NCBI GenBank assembly: GCA_037379345.1
Contig: CM074518.1
Location: forward strand, 46,589,586 to 46,653,585
Source of the DNA: Perna viridis
Lineage: Eukaryota
DNA length: 64,000 bases
Direction of reading: 5' to 3'
Both the position numbers and the translations under genes were made by a program. Positions 36,591-50,051 of this stretch are shown piece after piece. Numbering within the stretch: position 1 is the first letter of the stretch; each line of letters begins with the position of its first letter. A model generated the notes under the pieces. That model saw nothing but the letters and a program-made list of their open reading frames with translations. It had not been told where the DNA came from and did not search any database.

Positions 36591-37590
36591 CAATGTATGG
36601 TAGTACGACACAGTTCATTTATGTGTTACATGTATTATGTAGGATAGAGGATCAAATTAATGGTACATGTCACAACAAATCAATATTATAAATCCCCGAC
36701 ATTTATGGCAGCACCGCCTGCACATGTGTACATCGTGTAGTGAGTTACAACCCTAGATTGATCCTACGAGGGGGAATGATGACCCGGCAAACGAAAGCCA
36801 TATTTCACATAGCCTAGCTGGCCGAGTGGTCTAGGGCGCTACATTTTGTGCAGGTGGTGTTGCCATAGGTGGGACAGCGGTACGCAGTCGAGTTTGATAG
36901 TTACTATGTGTTCTTTGTTGTGTATGTCTGTTTTCCATGTCTAGTCTTTGTCCCTGGATTACATTCGTTTGATTACCGCTATAACCTTGGTTCCCTTGAT
37001 ACTCTTTCTAACATAGTAGGGAATTTTTCCGAACCTTACACATATATATATATAGAAGGGTCTGAAAAATTCCGGACGATGTTAGAACTGTCAAATTTGC
37101 GAAGCAAATGTTTGGTCGTTCGCTCCGCGGGACTCGAACTCGTACCGCTGTGACATCTATGGCAACACCGCCTGTACGAAGTCCAGAGCCTTAGCCCACT
37201 CGGCCATTTAGGCTATATAAAAATATAGCTTTCGCTGGCCGTTTCATTCCTCCTAGTAGGCTTAATTTAGGGCTATAAATTAGTACACGATTTATGGTAG
37301 TATATCAATAAAATCAATTATTATTATACAAACGTCTCAGAATGTGACGACTCTATTCTGAATTTTTTAGACCTTTCGATACGTTTACATATCTTCCTTG
37401 TATCAATTTGATCCGATGTAGCAGTGTAGCAAATAGAGTCGTCACATTCTGAGACGTTTTTGTAATAATGATTTGTTGTGACATGCATCATTTATTTAAT
37501 TCTCTATCCTACATAATAACATCTAAATGAACTGTCCCGTACTACCATACATCGTGTACTAAGTTACAGCCATAGATTAATCCTATATAT
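36591..37590. mobile_element. Tail-to-tail inverted dimer of a tRNA-derived element, with (TA)n ends and centre
   Basis: A-box TGGCCGAGTGG at 36819-36829 (+) and 37196-37206 (-). B-box GTTCGAGTCC at 37130-37139 (-). Arms mirror around (AT)n at 37042-37054. A Naiad UTR fragment occupies 36899-37006. Confidence 0.7.
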
Positions 37591-37793
37591 ATATATCTAT
37601 AGCTTCTAATCAATAAAAGTGTTATTGACTTGATTTTAAAAATTTTTACTGAATATTTCAAAAAGTAAGTTTTCCATTTCATACTGAAGCATCTTTATCA
37701 ACTTTTTCATCCATCATGACTTAAATTTATAAATAAAAATTAATCACATGCTTGTAAAAGGCACATTGAAAAATGTTCAGACGTGTAACTTAC

Positions 37794-37895
37794 AACAGCC
37801 AATGTAATTCATCTTTTAGAAGGTAGGTAGCCACTCTGACCTTATCTTGATCAGTACACCCTGGAGTTGTATTTTTGATGATTTCTGCCAACCAA
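37794..37895 (-). CDS. Choline kinase-like exon (WLAEIIKNTTPGCTDQDKVRVATYLLKDELHWL)
   Basis: caatttcAG acceptor, GTAAGT donor, 102 nt, phase 2-2, open frame. The L-K-D-E-L-x-W-L helix precedes the Brenner motif. Confidence 0.88.
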
Positions 37896-39033
37896 CTGAA
37901 ATTGACAACTACTTAAGTAATTTACTACTTTGATATTAAAGAGGAAGACCTAGAGTAAGGGAAATAACTTTTGAAATCAGTGATACGTTTGTATTATATT
38001 CAATTTCACAAAGTCTATCAAGATTTTATTTGAAACAGAATGGAATCAATCCAAGTTACTCTGTTGCTTACATGAGATTGATGTAAATTGCCGAATACAA
38101 ACGTTCAAACGATTTTTAAGACCCTTAACCTATGTGTACCTCCTTAAGTAGCAGTTGTTTTTACAAAAAATCAGACAGAAGATGATTCATTCATGACAAG
38201 AACCCACTGAATTCAGTATTGTTTCTTGTTCAGAAACATTAACTGGTCACATAGCCAGTCTCAGTTTTTTTTTCATTTGGGTGTTGCGCTTTTTAGATAA
38301 AAATAACAAACATTGTACATGACATTGGCATTTTGTTACCTTCTTTATTTTGTTTGACTTGGTTTATTTTAGTGGGAGATATAGGTATGATTTTCTCAAA
38401 AGAATATATCTACATACCTTCCGGAAGTATTGCTGTTTTTATATATAAAAATACAGCATATGTAGACCCAAAAATAATTGTTTGTTTGGTGGATTTGTCT
38501 ACACCAAAAATCACTTTACCATTAGTGATGTTTGAATTTTATATGGACTGGTACCTAAATTGTCACCTATTCAAACGAGATATGAAACAATTTGAAAAAA
38601 TTCTTTTGATTCCATAATGAACTTAATTTATCTTGATTCCACTATTTCATATTTCCTCCTCAGGCACAAGAAAATCTTTGAAATACACAATTTTGTCAGT
38701 ATTTGTCAAAATAGCATTACTCAACTGGTACATTTTAATATATTGTTGTTTTATAAAACATGTAAACATTTAGTATGATCATTGCGTTGTTGCGTGTTCG
38801 CAACTAGAAACGGATATCATCCTCAGGATGAACGAATCTGTATATAGTTACATGTAAGTGCCGTTATTCGACATGATTCTTTAATCGCTAAATGTTATAT
38901 TCGACCTTGTGGATGTTTTCATTATATTATGAGGTACCATTTCCGTTCCCAGACTACCCAGCATGCATTGCTTCACTCAACAACGCAACAGGTTTGTCAT
39001 ACTGGTATTTTCATAGAATGCAAGTGCACTTAC

Positions 39034-39166
39034 TGTTCAATTAATTCCCTGAGAAATCTTGGTTCTTTACATAATGGCATGTCCAAGTTATGGATGACAG
39101 CTAACTTTCTCGCTATCTGGGCTGATATTTCGCATTATGAAGATCTTCCCTTCTAAGACAGTTCGC
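39034..39166 (-). CDS. Choline kinase-like exon with 1-nt deletion (ANCLRREDLHN/x/EISAQIARKLAVIHNLDMPLCKEPRFLRELIE)
   Basis: ttattaaAG acceptor, GTAAGT donor. Length is 133 nt where 134 is needed for phase 0 to 2. The unrepaired frame stops at TAG 39113-39115. Confidence 0.88.
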
Positions 39167-42100
39167 CTTTAATAAAGAAAGCACTTATGAAAACCCAATT
39201 GAAAGAAATCAACATAACTTTGGTTTCTTATTATTTGTTTTGTTTTCTGTATAAAAGATATTTCCTGTACTAAAGGGTTCCATGGAATATGATGTAGGAA
39301 AATATTTTATGATTTTTACGCTATTTCCTTAATAAAATCGCGGTTTCATTGTAAAGGCGAAGATGCCCTACTCCGTCACCCAAAAAAATATAAGATACAT
39401 ATATCTAGCCGTAAGACAAGGTCTTCAATTCGTTACTAACCCGGGATTTGCAACTATCTTAAACTTTCGAGTAAAAATATGAGAATTTCCTTTCAGTTGA
39501 TTTAATCACAGTAGAAACAGGTGCTCATCGTAGAAAAGAGCATTGTCCCTTACATGTTTGTTGCTTATAAGTGTAATATTCTATGCAGTACTTGATAGTC
39601 GAGGATCGACAGAAGTTTAGAAAATGAGAAATGTAGTGTCATTCATAAAATGGATAGAACATCAAGTTTCTAGTAGAAGTTTTCTTGTACGACCATTCAA
39701 TAATTTATGTTTTCATTTCCGGAAGACCTTGTTTTGACACTTTTCCTGGAAAACAACATAACTAAATATACACAAAATCATCTCATGCTTATATCTAAAA
39801 TGTCATCGGTCGTATATTCTAAAGTCGATAGGGAATTATTTCGTACATTGTTCAGGAAGAGATCAGTTGATCAACAAAAACATCATGTTTTGTATACATG
39901 TAATTGAATGGTAGTGTACCGAAGTGAAAACATATATCCTGATATGGACAGTGATAAGGCCGAGAAAAAAATGTCTGTTTAAGGTTACCTTACCAACCCT
40001 ATTTTGTTACTACCCTACCACATTGTATGTTTTTTTTTTAGTGAAATTCCGCTAAACTATTATTATTTAGTTAATAACTATTAAAGTCAAGAAATTCTTC
40101 CATTAATATCTATATAAATTAATTTGTAACATAAAATAATTACCCTTTTTCATCCAATTTAACAAATATATTTTTCCTTTGCATACGCGGTGTCTTGTTT
40201 CGTTCATAGTTTCTACCGCTGACTTTCTAGGTGACGGAATATTTCAACTTAAAATTGTATCTACAAGCTATGCTATTAAAAAAGTTTTATATAGTTTGAA
40301 AACCTAATATTTCAAGAGTGCTAATTAGAGGGGTCATTCGAACAAGAATCCAACATGCAACGCTTGATCTGCCAAATAAAAAAACGTCATGTTTACAAAA
40401 CAAATTACAGTAAAACTCACAACCCGAATCAGCAGAAAACATGTCTAAATACGATTATTTTTAATTCCTTCGTGTCAGTTTAATAAAGTGTGAACCCCGA
40501 AAAATACCAAACACGTTCATGCCAAAGCCAAACATTTTTTACAGTCCTAAAGCAGTTCAGTTTTAAAGGTTTTACTGCATCATTCGACCTACCTATTCAA
40601 ATGTACCTCATTACTTGAAGTGTACAAAAAAGTACACAGAAAAAGAAGATAAAAAAGAAGGAAGAATATATGATTGTAATTTATAATTAAACCGAATTAT
40701 TCAAATACACCACATGATTAGAAAGTGTATCAAAAAGTGATGAAATTTAAAATAAACAACTTTTTTTCCAAACTTAATTTAGACCGATTTCTTTAAGTAG
40801 AGCACAAAAATTTTAGAGTACAAAGAAAGGGCAAGAAAAAATACAAAAAAAAAACCAAAACAAACAAACAAACAAAAAACATACACACGAGGAACCAGGA
40901 CAGGGGAGACACGGTACAAGTCATCAAGCAACAGAAGCAATTAACTATAAATCTAATCATTCCCTCTCATAGCAACTGACATAGTACAACGAACAGACGA
41001 ACAAAAAGAGTGCAAGTTACGAATGTAACCCCTACTCATTATAGCCAAAAATATTGAATATTTTGGTATTGAGTTTGCAGTACACTGAATGAATTAGTGA
41101 ATCAGCAACATTCATTACCAGTGCTGCACTTGCAATTATCTGAATTTTCAATGTAGTTTAAGTGTCAAGTACGATGTTTTAGAGGTTGGCCTGAACAACT
41201 GTGCCCTGCCGCAGCACCACAGCCTTATGTATTTTGACAATCGATTTGAAAAGACCTTCCTAAAAGATTCAAGAAAGCACTTTTATTTGTTAGCATACAC
41301 AGCACAATTATATTGTGTAGTTAGAATGCTGACTTTTTGCTTTACCAGAAAAAAAACTGCATTTTAGTTAAAATTTCCCTAGGCCAATATCAAAAAGTGA
41401 AAAAATAAGCAAATTTTACGGTTTTTTTCATGTATTGGGGCCATGTTTCTATAAGAAACACACCACTTTATCAAACCAATGATGAAAAAATGTTGTCTTT
41501 TGTTCAGCTTTCATTATGTATGGAATGAAGAGCATAGATATTTTTCAGGAGGGAAATACATGTCTTGCATGATGTGCACCGGGATTTTTGTATGCACTGG
41601 CAAGGATCAAACCAAAGTACAAGAGCTCTATAAATTTTTATTTGTGTCTTAAATGGGTGTACTTAGTGAAAAAAAAAAAACACTTTTCCTATTTGTTCAT
41701 TCAGATGAGATAGGTAAAATCGTAATATTTGTTTCCCTGCATTAGGTTGACCAATCGTGTACCCTAATAGATAAAAGGAGGTAGAAATTTGAAACGACAG
41801 ATTGGTTTACTGACAAAGTTGTAATGATGATGTTTTCTCTCTTTAAGGGATTTAAGTTTTTGAAAAAAGTAAGTTTATTTTCTTATCCTTAAAAATGCAT
41901 ATTAAAATTATTAAATTTTAAAAAGACTGAATATTGCAAGTGAGTGCTGAACAAAAAAAAATGCAAAACTTCCTGTACCTTCAAACTTTTAATTGCGGTT
42001 GAAAAAAAAGATGGTCAACCCCTTTTGCCATGGTGATTTTTCGATCTCTGAATGAAAGTACTACAACATAAAATGGTTTTTGAGTCCTAGTTTTAATTAG

Positions 42101-42889
42101 AAACTACTGAAAACTTGAAAAGGTTAGTATTGTCGGTTTATGGGAAAATAAATACTACTGTTTTTTCGGAAGTTATGAATGAGATAATTAAGTTATGCAA
42201 TCTCCGGTGCAGACCTACGATCTAGTTAAATCTTACTGACATACTCCGTATCACACCCTTCGGTTAATAGTTCATTTTTCCAAAAGGCGTGATCATTTCT
42301 CATTGAGAAAATTCTATATGTTCAATGTACATTTTCAATTAAAAAGTCCTAATGGAGATGGGGTACACAAGACAATTGTATTTTATGTTTCAAACCATAC
42401 GGAATATTTGTTTATGGCCAATATAGAAATAAATGTTATATTACAAATAACATATAAACGAAAACCATGCTCTTTTCATATGTAGGGGCTTATGTATGAG
42501 GAACACATATTAAACTTATATATATCCTTTCAAACGCCTTTCATGAATTAGTTCATTAGTCCAAAACACGAAAAACTTATGTTGCATTTTTTTCTGTGAA
42601 TGATAACACATAAAGTATAACATTAGATGGATGGATGCGCAGTGAATTTCAATAATGAATGGTATGCCCATTTTGTTCTAGCAAATTTTAAGGGTCAGTA
42701 TCTTTCATTTCAACTTCCATTTTTTTGTCTAAATAACCTGTCTACATTTTTAAGTTGAAAAAGGGTATATTTTGATTCATAACTAAATTTGGATGTTTAC
42801 CTTTGTCAGCACCAATTGAAGATTGGTAGTAGTACAACGATCATGATGTGAATTGACATAAGTCACGTGACATGACAATAAAAACTTAC

Positions 42890-43118
42890 AGGAATGTACT
42901 CCTCTATTCTCATGTCAGGATGCAACCCGTAACATTTTGGTCCAAGACGTTTCTCTGAGAGTAGACAGAAAACAACAGACTCTGAGTTATTCACTAACAC
43001 CTTTAGATCTTTGCCAATATCACCATAAACTCGCAGTAATACTTTTCTAGGTTCGTCAGTTTGTATTGGCACATTTTGTGGTAGTTCACAAGTATACAAC
43101 AAATTCGTCAGTCCTCCT
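42890..43118 (-). CDS. Choline kinase-like exon (GGLTNLLY...KVLLRVYG...GPKCYG...RIEEYIP)
   Basis: tttcacAG acceptor, GTAAGT donor, 229 nt, phase 2 to 0. Contains the ATP-binding loop RGGLTN. Lies within ORF 42863..43177. Confidence 0.95.
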
Positions 43119-44037
43119 CTGTGAAAATGTAAAATGTATAAATGAAGTATCCATGGACAATGAATTTTGTTCTTCAATTAACAGGGGCAAAAAATCGAAC
43201 ACAAGTTTTTATCATATATTATTGTGAACGCATTAATAAATGATGTCATCCATCCGGTCGTCAGTCCGCTATCACACATCGTATAATTCAAAACTTCAAC
43301 GCTTCGTGGATTTAAAAAAATACGCCTCGTAAGGTTCTGCTTCGTACGACCACATAAGTCCCAGACTTTCTAGTATAGAATGGTTCCTGGCGGTATCTGT
43401 TCACAAAGATCCATAAAGTATACTCAATTTATTATCTGGTAACCAAAACATCTACAAAAGCCGACGACGACAGCATGATACCATTATACGACGGGATTTT
43501 TTTACGGGTCGTATAAATCTGAATTATTTGGTACATTGAACTGATCATAATACTATACAAAAAGGGACGACTCTGTCTAGTACGGAAAGGTTATGTTTAC
43601 TAGATCAAACTATCACCGACATAATACCTTTAAGGTACTATAACATAGAGTAGACGTAAACAATGTCGGTAGGTCATCGGTCGAGGTTTGACCTCGGAAA
43701 AAGACAGTGACCTCATCTATCTGGATTGGTCATGGTTAAACCGCAGACGAGGACAGTGACCTTATCTACTTGAATTATACTAAGTCCAAGAGGAAACTGA
43801 CGTAGTCACTTGCCACGGTTACTGATATATATAGAACCAGAATGGTTGGATGGTGTATCCGCTGAACATTTCTAATACATAATGTCATCATGTTGTATAT
43901 TGAAATGACATTTAATGTTATATATATGATGCATCATGTTAAATATTCGAAGCAGAATTGCATGTGATTCAGAAGCTTGAATTCAATTGCAGACACCTTT
44001 CAATTCAGTTGGTCCAATTTGACGTTTTCATTTATAT

Positions 44038-47000
44038 TGTAGTGATATTAGGTTTAGGTTGACCAGAATCCAGGTCAGTCTGGGAAATATCCCAGATGGT
44101 GACAGTGGTTTCCCCCAAATTAGGTACCAATCCTCTAGCTCCAGACACTTACTAAGACAGACATGACAATTTACAAGTCCCTGAAATAAATACAGAAACT
44201 GGAGCCCATAAGCACCCCGAAGTAACTACAAGTAAATAGTACCAGTTACTTCACTGGTGCTGCAACTTTCCACGAACTGTGAGGATTTAATACTTGAAAA
44301 GCAGAGATTTTCTAAAAATTTTCTGGAAAGTGCAGCCTGACCACATGGGTCAGCGGCAGCCTTGTTCTGACACCTTGTCCATGTTTTTTTAAGGGAAAGG
44401 GACTTGGGTTCGGTCAAATGTGATAGAGTTGGTGGATAAACATAGGCACAGCTGACATTTTATATTATATTTTTCACTGTTAGTAATTTTTCTTCTTTTT
44501 CCAATTTAACCAGGGAAATTGTTGGAAGGGGAATAATATTATCAATCCTAATTGTTTTATGTAAATATTTCTTCTTTTTTCGATTTAACCAGGGAAATTG
44601 TTGGAAGGGACCAGGATTTGTGGGACAGTAGGACCTAGACAATTGATTAAATCGCTAGATAGGAAGGGAATAATATTACCAACATATAATTTCATATGTA
44701 ATTACTCTGGAAGTCATCACATCAAGCCTTTCAATCTGTGTTTGTAACAACACACACCAGCAAAAGAGAAACATTGCAGCAATTAATTGGCAGCCTAGAG
44801 GGGCAGTGTAAAAATCTGGTTTTCCCTTAAAAAACCAACATACATAAAAAAAAAAAAATAAAAAAAACAAAAAAACAAAAAATTAGGCCTTTGACCATTT
44901 ACTTCCCAATTTTCGGATCATTGCGGATTTTTTTTTTCAAGAAGAGCATCCAGTCATCGGGTTAAAGAATTGATGAGTTGGTAAGGACAAGGCCCAAACC
45001 GGGCCAACAGGGTTATGCACCCCTGAGCACCACAGGGTTTAGAGGGAAGTTAGATGCTGATTGAAAGTCTTGGGCAGAAAAAAGCCCCAATACCCAGAGT
45101 TAAGTGAGCTATCCCTCGATGATATTGGGAACATAACTCGGCGTTCTATGTTACCCCTGGTCCTGCATCACATGAAACCCTGTGGTCACATACCATCCCT
45201 GGCCCTACGTAACCCCACCATAGACAGAGACTAGTGTTGACTTATGATACTCCATTAGCTTCAACATCGCAAGGCCGGCCCAAATCAATGGAAAGTTATT
45301 GTAGGGGGAGAGTAGGTCAAGGGAGGATACATTTGCATGAAGTATGAGTTATGACCGGGAAAGGTCCAACTATGAACATAATGAGATGGAAACCCCATCA
45401 GGCGGGAGGGGCCCTTTCCAAGGAAGGTGGAACCATAGAGCAGATCCACACACTGAGAAAATGGGGAGACAGGAAGAGGTTCAGATTGACCCTACGATGG
45501 AAAAATCTATAGAGAAGAACCCTTCAGGGGAGGTAGGAGAAATGTGGTTAGAGGTAGGCCCCAGGGTGCAAGAGCCTATAGAGAGAAAACCCCGTCAAGT
45601 AAAACTAGTGTACGACAGTATTCAGATCGTACAAGCTCAGCACCAATGGGTACAGATGATTGGGGCAAGATGAAAGAGGGAGGGGGAATAGCAAAGGTGT
45701 TACAATCCAAAAAGGTCTGAAAATAATGGGAAGTCTAACTGGCAACCTTAGCTTTTGATGCAAAATTCTCCCGGTACCCAGAGGTAAATGAGTGGTCCCC
45801 ACTGGAGTGCATGGATCAGCTGCGCTGGGCCCTGGAAGGGAAGGCCAGCGAGTATTACGCACTTCTGGTGGAGCGTGAATCCACAATATGGCCTGTATTG
45901 ATTTAGTTAGGACGTTGAAGAAACGGTTTGAGATCAAGGAATTCAGAAAGCCAACCCAAGTGCAGTTCAACAATGCCCGACAAGCCCCAAAGGAGTCCAT
46001 TGAAGATTAATCAGACAGTATGTTTTATTATAACCACCAACCACTCAGAGAAGAGAGAACCCCTAAAGTATGTGCAACTGCAGAAGAGGGAGGGAAAGCA
46101 ATCATGCTCCCTGGAAATAAGAGATTGAACGTCTGGACGGGAAAATCGAGAAGTTAGAGGCTGATCATTAATATAGCTGGCCAATTCAGGGCCCCAGTTT
46201 CTAGGAGCCCTCTCCCAAGCTCTACGGGGGAAAGAGTTTTCATGGCCAACAGGAAGGCCATTTTAAGAGGGAATGTCCAAGTAGAAGACCTGATTCTCCA
46301 AAGCCAATGTGAATTTCTCAGAGAGGCCGATAAACAAGATTGGGTCGGTTCACATGGCCCGGACCTGGCCCTTGAACAAAAAGGTCTCCCCTGTAGGAAG
46401 ACGTTAGGTCAGACAGTGCACTAAGGGCGCAAGGGTCTATTCTAAAGAAGCAATCCAAGTCCGGGGTTGATTTAGGCAACCAGAGGAGACAAATCACTCC
46501 AGAGAATCCTAGGATCCAACCTATGGTAGAGTCTCAACCCCCAAGCAGAATAGCTTACTCTGGGGAACTCCCCACCTAAGGCAAGTTTCTCCAGGGAGGA
46601 CCAGAGCCCATATAGGCAGTCCCCAACATAAGATAGGGAAGACCCAGCCAGAGGTCCCACGGAGAGCAGATGCAGGCTCGCCAGGCCAAACCCTTCTATC
46701 TGACAGTACATTGTCAAAAGAAAGTGTGCGAGTGACCCATTCTCTCATTCCTCAAGTAGTTGGCACACTGAACTCAAGTTCAAACGTAGGTGACCAAATA
46801 CCCAACCATTCAACCAGCCTCATGCCAGGGTATTTAAGATCAGCGAGCCCAGGTATTTATACACTATCACATGAACCCAATGGGGACAAAAAATATTTCA
46901 TGGGGACCCAACCAGTGCTACGTCAAATCCAGAGAAGGGGTTTTAGTCTGATTTGTTAGAAACAGTGAGTCAGATAAGGAACTAGGGCAGTATTTATTGG

Positions 47001-49250
47001 GGATGTTGACCAATACCTACAATTCGTCTAGCAGTGATGATACCATACGCCTCAACGGAGAGACAGCAGCAAAGAATGTTGTTAAAGAGTTGAGAATGGT
47101 TGAAAAGGGGTGAAGATAAGGGGCATACAGGGGACCCCCTAACTCCCCAGACCTCGAAAGAGGTCTTGGTAAGCCCACAAAGGGAATGCATAGATGACGA
47201 AGGGGATCATGAGCGGGGCATGGAACTGTATGGGACAAGGCAGATTCACCTAGTAAAGCCGGTGAAATAAAATTGGGTGGAATTTGGAGCCGGAGGATTC
47301 TATGAATCTTGAGAGAGGAGGTTCAAAATCAGGGATTGAGGAAACAGAGAGGGAAATTGAGACTGTATCAGTCCGACATGTAGTGTAAGGGAATACGTTA
47401 AGAATCCCTGTTTAAATCCAGGGACAGGGGTGGCAGGCATAGTGGACACTGCTGTGGAAGTCATTAATAAGGAAGTAGGAAACTATTTCGTTTAAGCAGC
47501 AGCATGTGAAGACATTTCCTAATTACTTCTAGACAAAACCTTATCATGAAAATTGGACAAAAGGCCTTGAAGCCACTAAAATAGACGAACACAAAAGTGA
47601 TCCCCCAATGCAACTAGATATCCATTTTCAGAATAATTTGAATAGGGAAGGGTCCAATGAAAAATGACTCACTGACATCAAGGGTGATGATCACACAGGA
47701 GATCCACCAATGCCAACAAGTATTTCCATAAACAACAGTAGGCATTCCCATGGAAATGGTCTTATGTCAATCAAAGGTGACGAACACACAGTAGATTCCC
47801 AATGCCACCATGTATTCCCACTCACAACAGTGAGTCGCCCTACGGAAAGGTTCTTATGCCGATCAAGTGTAATGAAAACAGTGGGGATCCCCAAATGCAA
47901 CCACATGTTGCAATCACCATTCATATCCAACAAGGGTCCCATGTTAAGGACCTTATGCCCATCACAAATGATGAAATATAGGAGACCCTCCAACAATGCC
48001 GCCAGGTTTACCTTATCAGGGGTGGGTGGTATCCATGGAAAAGGTCTAAAGTCCTTCAAAGTAGATGAGCACACTGGGGCCCTCAATATCACCTGAGGTG
48101 CACAAACAGGAAGGGGAGGCTTTAAACACTCTTCAAAAGTCAAGAACTGTAACCATTAGAAAGGTGTTGTTTGGGAACAGCTCCTGATTCTAAGGGCAAG
48201 AATTTGGCAATTTTGCAAACAATAAAACAAGTGTCACTTGTTCCAATCAGCATGTTCAAACTCCTTTATTCACCTTACTTTCAACACACTGATAAAGTTA
48301 CTGACTATCACTGTTCCCAAGCTTTGAAATTGGGTTTTACCATACCGGTTAAACGTCCCTTGGAGTTAACACTGTGGTCGGAAAATAATCACTGGCGTAC
48401 CATTGTACCATTAGATAGGCAAATGGGGTGCAGATGTAAGGATCCCTATTCAATGTGGATGCAATCTCAGCATTCACTTAAAACCCCAAGAAATTGTAAA
48501 TACCCCTATCATGTAAATAGACTGCATTGTTTTGTTGGTTTGTTGCATTCTGATTGACCCCAACATTTCCTCAATAGTCGAAACAAAAGGGAGGGGAGTG
48601 CTTGGCATAGGTTACCTGGAAGGCTAGCAAACTAGTATTAAGCATTTTCATGTATGTGCAGAATAACTGCGTATCCCAGAGAGGGAATTGTCATAGAAGT
48701 GTACAAATGTAGTGTAAAATACATGTGTGTCAACCCCACAGTGGGAAGTTCTATGAGTGTTAATTTTTAGTTTATGTTGTATTATATTAGGATTTTCAAG
48801 AGATATTATTTTCGCAGTAATGGGTGAGGTGGATTTTCAATAAAAATGCAATACAGTTTAGTCCATATTGATGACTGGTACCTAGTTGCTTCAGAATTGG
48901 TCCTAACTCATTGCACTTTTCCTACGTTTTACTATCCTTGTCTGCAATACTTTTCATTGAAAGAGTGTCGTGACATGCTTTGATACTTTTCTCATGGGCA
49001 GTAGGGGGAGGGCCTTTAAATAAAACAGAGGGAAGTGTAGTGATCTTAGATTTAGGTTGACCCAAATCCTTGTCAATCTGGGAAATCTACCAAATGATGA
49101 CCCTGGTTTCCCCTAATTAGGCACCAGTCTTCTAGCTACAGACACTGACTATGATAGACGTGACAATTTACAAGTCCCTGAAATACATACAGAAAATGGA
49201 GTCCAGACGCACCCCAAAGTAACTACAAGTAAGTAGTACCAGTTACTTCA
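44038..49250 (+). mobile_element. Ty3/Gypsy-type LTR retrotransposon, degenerate and non-autonomous, intronic and antisense to the kinase
   Basis: LTRs 44038-44253 and 49036-49250 (TG...CA, ~86% identical by eye), 4-bp TSD ATAT, TGG-type PBS after the 5' LTR, purine tract aaaacagagggaag before the 3' LTR. Gag-like WALEGKASEYYA...QVQFNNARQAPKESIED and protease-like GIVDTA. Confidence 0.9.
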
Positions 49251-49676
49251 ATATTGTACTTATAAAATACTTTGAATTATTATCAACTATAGAAACTTCA
49301 ATAACTGTTTTCTTTGAAGCCGTTTTTATCTAAGTTATCTAGGTATTGTAAAACTCCGAAAATGAAAAAAGGCGAAAATTTAAACACTCGGTGTTTAGGG
49401 ATCACTTACATATTTAGACACTTGCTTAGAATGACAAAAATGTATTGCCTCATAATTGTACATACATAAAAAACAGCATGTATTTGCGCATAACTTGCAA
49501 AGAGCACAATATCCCCTGTTTTTAATGTATTAAAAAAACTAATTACATTGAGCAAAAGAACACTTTCAATCACTGTTTTTTTTTATCTGGTAATAAAATA
49601 GAATTAAGCAAATAGTTGCTATTTATACCATGCAAAAAGTTTGTGATGCTGGGTGTCGTAGTGTATAGTAATTAAC

Positions 49677-49736
49677 ATATGCACCGGTTGGTCGCCCCCC
49701 CCCCCCCAAAAAAAAAAAAAAAAAAAAAAAAAAAAA

Positions 49737-49773
<37 letters not shown>

Positions 49774-49835
49774 ATGGATATAGAGTAGCCGATCGAGGTC
49801 CCTTGGATTTTATGGGCCGACCAACCAGTCCATAT
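49677..49835. mobile_element. Small MITE with poly-C/poly-A interior
   Basis: Imperfect TIRs atatgcaccggttggtcg / cgaccaaccagtccatat. Confidence 0.55.
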
Positions 49836-50051
49836 ATTGCAATATTACAAAAAATTATACAATAGCCCACGGTATCATCCCATACATAGTTTAAACATAC
49901 TCCTGTCATTTACATATCTTATTTTTTTTTGTTTTAATGCTTAATAACAACACAATAATCAAGATGGTCTTCCTATATTGACGTCACATCATATGATAAT
50001 CATACATATTTATAAATAAATTTCAGTCATACGGAAGGATGAATCACTTAC

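Noticed and set aside
37125-37213. Functional tRNA gene
   Set aside because: A and B boxes are present, but the acceptor and anticodon stems are not convincing and the sequence is embedded in a duplicated foldback element.
49694-49771. Poly-C/poly-A tract as a retrocopy tail
   Set aside because: It lies inside a small TIR element with no adjacent processed coding sequence, and homopolymer length is unreliable.
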